A stretch of DNA of 64,000 bases from a virus. Taxonomy: Duplodnaviria; Caudoviricetes. The translations under genes and the position numbers were made by a program. Numbering within the stretch: position 1 is the first letter of the stretch; each line of letters opens with the position of its first letter. Below the pieces are notes generated by a model. It saw only the letters and a list, made by a program, of their open reading frames with translations, ran no database searches and was not told the origin of the DNA. The stretch covers positions 5,433 to 69,432 of the IMG/VR virus record IMGVR_UViG_3300017911_002211, one strand, 5' to 3'. Below are positions 57,064-64,000 of the stretch, one piece after another.

Positions 57064-58645
57064 AAACTATCTAGGTAATCCTAACATTAAAAAAGACGGT
57101 ATTGTTTCTAACTTTACTGAGGAACAAGTTATCGAATACGCAAAGTGCATGAAAGATCCTGTGTACTTTATACAAAAATATGCCAAGATTATTTCATTAG
57201 ATAAGGGTTTAGTGCCTTTTGAATTATACCCTTATCAAAAAAAGATGTTCAAGCAATTTGAGGAGAATAGATTTAATGTCGTACTTGCGTGCAGGCAATC
57301 AGGTAAATCAATATCGGCGTGTGGATACTTATTATGGTTTGCACTCTTTCAATCAGAAAAATCAATTGCAGTTCTTGCGAACAAAGGTGCCACTGCAAGA
57401 GAAATGTTGGCGAGAATTACTATCATGCTCGAGAACATTCCTTTCTTTCTTCAGCCGGGCGTTAAGGCTCTCAACAAGTCTAATATTGACTTTAGTAATA
57501 ATAGTAGGATTATCGCTGCTGCTACGACTGGCTCTTCAATTCGTGGACTTTCTATTAATTTACTTTATTTAGATGAGTTTGCGTTCGTTGAAAGAGCAGC
57601 AGAGTTTTACACTTCAACATACCCTGTTGTATCATCTGGCGGAGATACTAAAATTATAGTAACATCTACAGCAAATGGTATAGGTAATACTTTTCACAAG
57701 ATATGGGAAGGGTCCATACAAGGAGTCAATGAATATAAAAACTTTAGAGTCGATTGGCATGACGTGCCAGGAAGAGATGAAAAATGGAAAGAAGAAACTA
57801 TAAACAACACTTCGCAAGTACAATTTGATCAAGAATTTGGTAACACTTTTTTTGGTACTGGTAATACTTTAATAAATGCTCAAACACTTTTAGATTTAAG
57901 AGCAAAGCCGCCGATAAAATATATGGAAGGTGGAGATTGTTTAATTTATAAAGAGCCAGTTAAAGGACATGAATATATTTTAGTTGCTGATGTTTCAAAG
58001 GGAAGAGGACAGGACTATTCATCTTTTTCGTTAGTCGATATTAACGTTTGTCCTTTTGAGCAGGTTGTTGTGTATCGCAATAATACTATCTCTCCATTAC
58101 TCTTCCCTAATATTATATATAAGTATGCAAACGTCTACAACAAAGCTTATTGTATAGTTGAATCCAACGATCAAGGTTCAGTTGTATGTAATGGATTATA
58201 TTATGATTTAGAATATGAAAACGTACATGTTGAATCTGCAGTTAAAGCAAATGCTGTAGGTGTAGATATTAATAGAAAATCTAAAAGACTTGGTTGTAGC
58301 GCCTTAAAAGACTTATTAGAAAACAATAAACTTAAAGTAGTTGACGAACAAACAATATTAGAAATATCAACGTTTGAAGCTCGTGGGCAAACATATCAGG
58401 CTGCTGTAGGAAATCATGATGATTTAGTTATGAACTTAGTATTGTTTGGTTATTTTGTTTCATCTACATACTTTTCTAATTTAACAGACATTAATATTAA
58501 AGATATGATATTCAAGCAAAAATTAAAAGAAATAGAAGAAGACATTGTACCTTTTGGTTTTATAGACGACGGACATGAACAAGCAAAAAGAATAGAACCA
58601 ACCGAAGAGCATCCATGGGCCATAGAATACGATAGAAATCTATAA
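57041..58645 (+). CDS. gp17: Terminase large subunit
   Basis: YLGNPN, RQSGKS Walker A, LYLDEF Walker B, DVSKGRGQDYS, HDDLVM. Confidence 0.97.
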   Translation: MSLQNQNENYLGNPNIKKDGIVSNFTEEQVIEYAKCMKDPVYFIQKYAKIISLDKGLVPFELYPYQKKMFKQFEENRFNVVLACRQSGKSISACGYLLWFALFQSEKSIAVLANKGATAREMLARITIMLENIPFFLQPGVKALNKSNIDFSNNSRIIAAATTGSSIRGLSINLLYLDEFAFVERAAEFYTSTYPVVSSGGDTKIIVTSTANGIGNTFHKIWEGSIQGVNEYKNFRVDWHDVPGRDEKWKEETINNTSQVQFDQEFGNTFFGTGNTLINAQTLLDLRAKPPIKYMEGGDCLIYKEPVKGHEYILVADVSKGRGQDYSSFSLVDINVCPFEQVVVYRNNTISPLLFPNIIYKYANVYNKAYCIVESNDQGSVVCNGLYYDLEYENVHVESAVKANAVGVDINRKSKRLGCSALKDLLENNKLKVVDEQTILEISTFEARGQTYQAAVGNHDDLVMNLVLFGYFVSSTYFSNLTDINIKDMIFKQKLKEIEEDIVPFGFIDDGHEQAKRIEPTEEHPWAIEYDRNL

Positions 58646-58648
58646 TAT

Positions 58649-58656
58649 TATAAATA
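58649..58656 (+). promoter_or_regulatory. Late promoter TATAAATA upstream of gp18
   Basis: Exact consensus in the intergenic gap. Confidence 0.78.
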
Positions 58657-58712
58657 ATGGTAATAAGTGAATATTCGTATAATGTTAATCGCATAATAAA
58701 AAGGAAATTAAG

Positions 58713-60473
58713 ATGGCACTCTCTACACCCTCCGAATCACCCGCGGTTGTCGTTAAAGAAGTAGACCTGACTGGTGGCGTGCCTAATGTCCAGTCAACTA
58801 CAGGCGCAATCGTAATAAATTCAAGGTGGGGAACTGTTGAGGAAAGAGTTAAGATTAGTTCAGAAGCAGAACTAGTTGATGTATTCGGCTCACCAGATTC
58901 TGCCACCACATTTTCGTTTCATGAAGCAAACATGTTTCTGAAGTATTCCAATTCACTTCAGACTGTAAGAGTTATTGATAGCACAGCTAAAAACGCAGTA
59001 TCGACCACTGGTCAAACTGCATCAGCTACACCTCCTGCAGAAGTTGTTAAAAATGAAGCGAGCTTTAAAAATCAAAGATCTGCATTAGATTCAGATAGTC
59101 ATACATTTGTGGCTAAGTATCCAGGATCTCTTGGAAACAGTTTAGAAGTTTCACTGTGTCCTTATTCAGCAAATGATTCAGCATTCGACGCATGGTCATA
59201 TAAAGCTGAATTTGACGCTGCACCTGGAACATCTTCTTTCGCTACAAAAAATAATGCTAGCAATGACGAAGTTCATGCCGTAATTGTCGATAAAGGCGGT
59301 CAGTTTACAGGTACTCAAGGCACAATACTTGAAAGATATGCTTTTACTTCTTTTGGCTCAAATGCTAAAAATGATGATGGAACAACAAATTATATAAAAG
59401 ACATATTAAATGAAAAGTCAAAATATGTTTGGTTAGTTGGTTTTGATTCAGACTTTGCAGGAGCTGGAGCAGGCACTGCACTCGATAGCGGAGATGATTT
59501 CGCTAAAACAACTGGTACTACAAACACAGACGTTGATTATATTTTTACTCAAGGTCTCAATGTTGATTCACTTACAACTGGTAATATGTTAACCGGTTAT
59601 GATCTTTTTGAAGATAAAGATCAAGTTGAAATTGACTTTTTAATAGCACCAGATTTTACATCTAGAACCGAACAAACAACTGTTGTTAATGACTTAGTTA
59701 CTACTGCTGGTACAACAAGAAAAGACTGTATCGTTGTTACTTCACCAGCAAGAACTGATGTCGTAAGCGTTAATAACGCAGCAACGGTAACTACAAACAT
59801 AGTAGCCACTGCAAACACATTTACTAAATCTTCATATTTAGTAATGGATGCAAACTACCTTAAGGTGTACGATAAGTTTAACGATCAATTTATCGAAATA
59901 CCTGCAGCCTCATCTACTGCTGGAATAATGGCAGCCACTGATCTCAATAGAGCACCGTGGTTTTCACCCGCAGGATCAAGAAGAGGTCAGTATCTAGGAA
60001 TCACTTCAACATCGTGGTCACCAACAAAAGCTCAAAGAGACACTCTCTATAAAGCTGGTGCAAATCCGATAGCAAATATTCCAGGTGCTGGTGTAATACT
60101 ATTTGGCGATAAAACAAAACTCTCAAGACCTTCTGCATTTGATAGAATCAATGTAAGAAGATTGTTTTTAGTTCTTGAAAGAGCAATCTCAAGAGCAGCA
60201 GAACAAGTACTCTTTGAATTCAATGATGAGTTTACAAGAGCAGAGTTTGTTAATATCGTCGAGCCAGTATTACGCGAAGTGAAAGGTAGACGTGGTATTA
60301 CAGATTTCAGAGTCGTAGCAGATGCAACTAACAACACAGCTGCAGTAATCGATAGAAATGAATTTATCGCAAGTATCTTCATTAAGCCGGCTAGATCCAT
60401 TAACTACGTCACACTTAACTTTGTGGCAGTAAGAACTGGCGTCGACTTTGAAGAAGTCGTTGGTACAGTTTAG
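58713..60473 (+). CDS. gp18: Tail sheath protein
   Basis: SPAVVVKEVDLT, PWFSPAG..RG, FDRINVRRLF, LFEFNDEFTR, IKPARSINYV.LNFVA. Confidence 0.97.
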   Translation: MALSTPSESPAVVVKEVDLTGGVPNVQSTTGAIVINSRWGTVEERVKISSEAELVDVFGSPDSATTFSFHEANMFLKYSNSLQTVRVIDSTAKNAVSTTGQTASATPPAEVVKNEASFKNQRSALDSDSHTFVAKYPGSLGNSLEVSLCPYSANDSAFDAWSYKAEFDAAPGTSSFATKNNASNDEVHAVIVDKGGQFTGTQGTILERYAFTSFGSNAKNDDGTTNYIKDILNEKSKYVWLVGFDSDFAGAGAGTALDSGDDFAKTTGTTNTDVDYIFTQGLNVDSLTTGNMLTGYDLFEDKDQVEIDFLIAPDFTSRTEQTTVVNDLVTTAGTTRKDCIVVTSPARTDVVSVNNAATVTTNIVATANTFTKSSYLVMDANYLKVYDKFNDQFIEIPAASSTAGIMAATDLNRAPWFSPAGSRRGQYLGITSTSWSPTKAQRDTLYKAGANPIANIPGAGVILFGDKTKLSRPSAFDRINVRRLFLVLERAISRAAEQVLFEFNDEFTRAEFVNIVEPVLREVKGRRGITDFRVVADATNNTAAVIDRNEFIASIFIKPARSINYVTLNFVAVRTGVDFEEVVGTV

Positions 60474-60483
60474 GAGGTAGAAA

Positions 60484-61011
60484 ATGGCAGTATTAGGCGT
60501 AGATGATTTTAAATCAAAGCTTAGAGGCGGTGGGGCTCGTCCTAACCTCTTCAAGGCTACCATTAACTTTCCAGGTTACGCGAACGGCGATCCTGAACTG
60601 ACTTCATTCTTATGTGAAGCAGCTCAGTTACCTGGTTCAACACTCGGTCAAATTATTGTACCATTTCGTGGTAGACAATTAAAAATGGCTGGTGACAGAA
60701 CATTCGATGTTTGGACTGTTACAATAATAAACGATACAGATTTTGCTATCAGAAATCCAATGGAAAGATGGATGAACGGTATGAACGCACACAGCGCAAA
60801 TACTGGTCTTACAACTCCAGTGGCTTATGAGGCAGATCTTATAGTCGAACAGCTTGATAGATCAGGTGATGCACTTAAGAAGTACACGTTCAGAGGATCA
60901 TACCCTCAGGATATGTCACCGATTGATCTGAATTATGCTACTAACGATGAGATTGAAAGATTTACAGTAACTTTCGCTTATCAGTACTATGAGACAGACA
61001 CTACAAGTTAA
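60484..61011 (+). CDS. gp19: Tail tube protein
   Basis: GGGARPNLF, VPFRGRQLKMAGDRTFD.WTVT.IND.DF, IE.FTVTFAYQYY. Confidence 0.97.
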   Translation: MAVLGVDDFKSKLRGGGARPNLFKATINFPGYANGDPELTSFLCEAAQLPGSTLGQIIVPFRGRQLKMAGDRTFDVWTVTIINDTDFAIRNPMERWMNGMNAHSANTGLTTPVAYEADLIVEQLDRSGDALKKYTFRGSYPQDMSPIDLNYATNDEIERFTVTFAYQYYETDTTS

Positions 61012-61022
61012 GTAATAAATAG

Positions 61023-61044
61023 TAGGAGGGTTACGGCCCTCCTA
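61023..61044 (+). terminator. Intercistronic hairpin with UACG (UNCG-type) tetraloop between gp19 and gp20
   Basis: taggagggt-tacg-gccctccta: 8 Watson-Crick pairs plus a U-G closing pair; no U-tract. Confidence 0.55.
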
Positions 61045-61061
61045 ACTATAAAGGAATTCAA

Positions 61062-62561
61062 ATGGCAGAAAATACATTTAAATTATTCGGTTTTGAAATT
61101 ACAAGGACAAAAGATAAGAAAGCACTCGCTTCTCCTGTTCCGCCAAGAGACGACGATGGTGCCGGCTATGTCACTTCGACATCAGCTGGTTCTCATTATG
61201 GTCATTATATTAATATGGAAGGTGATGATTCCAAAGATAACGCGCAGCTTATCTTAAAATACAGAGGGAGCGCGATGCACCCTGAAGCTGATGCAGCTAT
61301 TGAAGATATTGTAAATGAAGCGATCACAGCAAGTGAATTAAAACCTTCAGTATCGTTGAACCTAGATAACGTTCCGGTTAGCGATTCAATTAAAAAGCAA
61401 ATGACTGAAGAATTTGAAAATATTTTTAACATGTTAAACTTTAAAGAACTCGGTCATGATATTTTTAGAAGATGGTATATCGACGGAAGATTATATCATC
61501 ATCTAGTTGTAGATGAAAGTAACTTATCGGCTGGTATTCAAGAGATAAGATACGTTGATGCAGCTAAGATGAGAAAAGTAAAACAAGTTAAGAGCAAGAA
61601 AGATCCAGCTACTGGTGCAAAACTGGTTGAAAAGGTTGATGAGTTTTATATATTCCAAGAAAAACCTGGTTCACAGAATGCTGGAATAAAAATGACTCTA
61701 GACTCTGTCAACTATATCACTTCAGGTTTATTAGATGAAACAAGAAAAAAAATAGTTTCTTATCTACATAAAGCTCTTAAGCCAATTACACAGTTACGAA
61801 TGATGGAAGATTCATTAGTAATCTATAGATTAGCAAGAGCACCTGAAAGAAGAATGTTTTATATTGATGTTGGTAACTTACCAAGAGGTAAAGCCGAACA
61901 ATATATGAAAGACATTATGGCGAAGTATAGAAACAAATTAGTTTACGATGCCAAGACTGGTGAGATAAGAGACGATAGAAAACATATGTCTATGCTAGAA
62001 GATTTTTGGTTACCGCGTAGAGAGGGTGGACGAGGTACTGAAATATCTACATTACCAGGTGGAGAGAACTTAGGTCAAATAGAGGATATTATATATTTTC
62101 AAAAAAGATTATATAGATCTTTAAATGTGCCTATGAATAGATTAGAACAAGAACAGCAGTTTTCATTAGGAAGAGCAACTGAGATAAGTAGAGACGAGCT
62201 TAAGTTTCAAAAGTTTATCGATAGATTAAGAAATAGATTCTCAAATTTATTTTACGACATCTTAAAGAAACAACTTATAATGAAAAATATTATTACTGAA
62301 GATGATTGGAACAGTTGGAAAAATAAAGTAACTGTAGATTATTTAAGAGACAATCATTTTGCAGAATTAAAAGAAGCAGAATTGCTAAGAGAAAAAATAC
62401 AGAGTTTAGATCAAGTGTCTCAGTACGTAGGAGAATACTTTTCTAAGCAATGGGTACAAAAGAATATTCTTTTAATGGATAATGAAACCATTGAAAATAT
62501 GGAAAAAGAAATTGCTGCCGGACAGGCGCAAGAACCAGAAGACGACCAAGGAGTAGTATAA
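61062..62561 (+). CDS. gp20: Portal protein
   Basis: LFGFEI, FRRWYIDGR, IYRLARAPERR.FYIDVGNLP..KAEQY, EDFWLPRREGGRGTEISTLPGG. Confidence 0.97.
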   Translation: MAENTFKLFGFEITRTKDKKALASPVPPRDDDGAGYVTSTSAGSHYGHYINMEGDDSKDNAQLILKYRGSAMHPEADAAIEDIVNEAITASELKPSVSLNLDNVPVSDSIKKQMTEEFENIFNMLNFKELGHDIFRRWYIDGRLYHHLVVDESNLSAGIQEIRYVDAAKMRKVKQVKSKKDPATGAKLVEKVDEFYIFQEKPGSQNAGIKMTLDSVNYITSGLLDETRKKIVSYLHKALKPITQLRMMEDSLVIYRLARAPERRMFYIDVGNLPRGKAEQYMKDIMAKYRNKLVYDAKTGEIRDDRKHMSMLEDFWLPRREGGRGTEISTLPGGENLGQIEDIIYFQKRLYRSLNVPMNRLEQEQQFSLGRATEISRDELKFQKFIDRLRNRFSNLFYDILKKQLIMKNIITEDDWNSWKNKVTVDYLRDNHFAELKEAELLREKIQSLDQVSQYVGEYFSKQWVQKNILLMDNETIENMEKEIAAGQAQEPEDDQGVV

Positions 62562-62914
62562 TGGATAATGTCGAAAAAGTGGAAAATGCAGAACAAGAAG
62601 ATACAAATCCGATTCAGGATTTAATTAAAGCTTCTTTAAATAATGACTATAATAATGCAAATAAGATATTTGGTGAAGTAATGACAGTTAAAATGTCAGA
62701 CCTACTTGATCAAGAAAAGGTTAAACTAGCAGATCAAATCTATAATGGCGTACCTGCGGAAGAAGAAGAGGAAACCGAAATAGATGATGAAGATAATATG
62801 GAAGAACCTGAAAATGAAGAAGACGAAGAAGAATATGAAGAAGAGTCTGAAGAAAAAGCTGAGTCTGAAGAAGTAGAAGAAGAAGAACCTGAAATCGAAG
62901 GGGTTGCGGTGTAA
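62561..62914 (+). CDS. gp67: Prohead core protein, gp67-like, with an acidic tail
   Basis: Follows the portal; helical N-terminus and Glu/Asp-rich C-terminus. Confidence 0.6.
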   Translation: MDNVEKVENAEQEDTNPIQDLIKASLNNDYNNANKIFGEVMTVKMSDLLDQEKVKLADQIYNGVPAEEEEETEIDDEDNMEEPENEEDEEEYEEESEEKAESEEVEEEEPEIEGVAV

Positions 62915-62925
62915 AAGTTAACATG

Positions 62926-62933
62926 TATAAATA
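62926..62933 (+). promoter_or_regulatory. Late promoter TATAAATA
   Basis: Exact consensus 8 nt upstream of the ATG at 62942. Confidence 0.7.
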
Positions 62934-62941
62934 TAATTAAC

Positions 62942-63160
62942 ATGAGAACTTTTTCGCAGATAAGAGAACTAGCAGGCCGCAAGCCAATCGGTAAAGTCGT
63001 ATTCGATAAAAAGATTAATCGAATACCGGTAAAAATTCATAATGAGAGAAATAAATTCGTTGCTTATATTGACGGCGATAGATTGGATGCTTATAACTCT
63101 CAGCGTGAAGCCGAAAAGGCTGTAAAAGAATTTATGAAACAATATAAAGGGATAAATTAA
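62942..63160 (+). CDS. Small head-cluster protein (possibly prohead core)
   Basis: MRTFSQIRE start, position between gp67-like and gp21. Confidence 0.45.
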   Translation: MRTFSQIRELAGRKPIGKVVFDKKINRIPVKIHNERNKFVAYIDGDRLDAYNSQREAEKAVKEFMKQYKGIN

Positions 63161-63423
63161 TGGCAGGAATAGTTAGATTGCTGAGCGCTACTGAAAGTGC
63201 AAACGGAGCTTCTAATGCAACAACAGTAAGCAATGCTGAAAACATATATGTTAGTAACAAAACTGGTAATGCTATAATTACAGTCGTTAGTTCTAAATAT
63301 GGCACAACTAGTTTGCATATGCACGCTGATCATGATTTAATAATTCAAAAAGAAAAAGCTGATACAGTGTATTCAAACAGCGCTAATACACATTTTACAA
63401 AAATAGCGCACGCAAGAGGTTAA
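63160..63423 (+). CDS. Small conserved protein preceding gp21 (possible minor head protein)
   Basis: ATTVSNAENIYVSN...IIQKEKADTVY resembles the small ORF upstream of gp21 in marine T4-like phages. Confidence 0.5.
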   Translation: MAGIVRLLSATESANGASNATTVSNAENIYVSNKTGNAIITVVSSKYGTTSLHMHADHDLIIQKEKADTVYSNSANTHFTKIAHARG

Positions 63424-63424
63424 T

Positions 63425-64000
63425 ATGAAATTAATATCAGAATTCGTAGAAAACGATATTGAATTCTTAATTACCGAAGATAAGAAAACTGGTAAAAAGA
63501 ATTATGGTATTCAAGGAATCTTTGCACAAGCAGAGACTAAGAATCGAAACGGTCGTATATATCCAATGCCAGTAATGGAAAAAGCACTTGGCAAGTACAA
63601 TGCAGATCAAGTGACAAAAGGAAGAGCAGTTGGAGAACTGAATCACCCTGAAGGTCCGACCGTTAATTTAGATAAAGTTTCTCACAAGATTAATGAACTC
63701 AAATTTGAGGGAAATAATATTGTGGGCAAAGCATCGATACTGAACACCCCTATGGGAGAAGTTGTTAAAGGCTTACTCGATGGCGGAGTTACTTTCGGTG
63801 TATCGACTCGTGGTATGGGAAGTTTGAGCCAGCGTAATAACGCAATGGTCGTCAATGACGATTATATTCTTAACGCGGTAGACATCGTGCAAGATCCATC
63901 CGCACCTAGCGCTTTCGTTAATGGGATAATGGAAGGTGTTGAATGGGTTTGGAATAACGGTATTATAGAAGCACAAACAATTGAAAGAATGGAGACTGAA
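63425..64000 (+). CDS. gp21: Prohead protease, 3' end beyond the window; not in the ORF track
   Basis: Manual translation MKLISEFVE...IQGIFAQAETKNRNGRIYP...GELNHP...LDKVSH...GVSTRGMGSL...DIVQDPSAPSAFVNGIMEG. Confidence 0.95.
   Translation, partial: MKLISEFVENDIEFLITEDKKTGKKNYGIQGIFAQAETKNRNGRIYPMPVMEKALGKYNADQVTKGRAVGELNHPEGPTVNLDKVSHKINELKFEGNNIVGKASILNTPMGEVVKGLLDGGVTFGVSTRGMGSLSQRNNAMVVNDDYILNAVDIVQDPSAPSAFVNGIMEGVEWVWNNGIIEAQTIERMETE

Noticed and set aside
57219-57572. 117-aa alternate-frame ORF inside gp17
   Set aside because: Fully overlaps the conserved terminase ATPase domain; no independent evidence
57041-62561. Introns, inteins or homing endonucleases in gp17, gp18 or gp20
   Set aside because: ORFs are continuous, of ordinary length, with no LAGLIDADG, GIY-YIG, HNH or intein motifs seen
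1-64000. tRNA, rRNA, integrase, transposase
   Set aside because: No intergenic gap is long enough for a tRNA (the largest is under 90 nt and promoter-filled) and no such motifs were seen

Overview
A 64-kb, AT-rich, almost fully coding stretch of a T4-like myovirus genome, covering virion morphogenesis. Gene order and content resemble marine T4-like phages, but the host cannot be read from this window. Left to right: (i) a minus-strand block (tape-measure-like gene start, gp51-like, gp26, gp54-like, gp2, gp4); (ii) baseplate genes (gp48, gp53, hub, a split gp5 with extra peptidoglycan-hydrolase-like folds, gp25, gp6, gp7, gp9, gp8, a two-gene VrlC-like protein); (iii) an inverted, AT-rich five-gene island (three glycosyltransferase-like genes, a methyltransferase, a radical SAM enzyme) behind its own late promoter; (iv) about 25 kb of modular tail fibre/adhesin genes; (v) neck, terminase, sheath, tube, portal, prohead core and prohead protease genes (gp13-gp21). 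TATAAATA late promoter boxes sit in most of the longer intergenic gaps. Top leads: a possible virion-glycosylation system (late-expressed transferase island plus strong Asp-Ser enrichment in exposed virion proteins), a probable -1 frameshift joining gp26 to gp51, and a split gp5 with two apparently catalytically dead cell-wall-hydrolase folds. No tRNA, CRISPR array, integrase, reverse transcriptase or intron was recognised. All family calls come from motif recognition by eye, and all counts are by hand; no database search was run.
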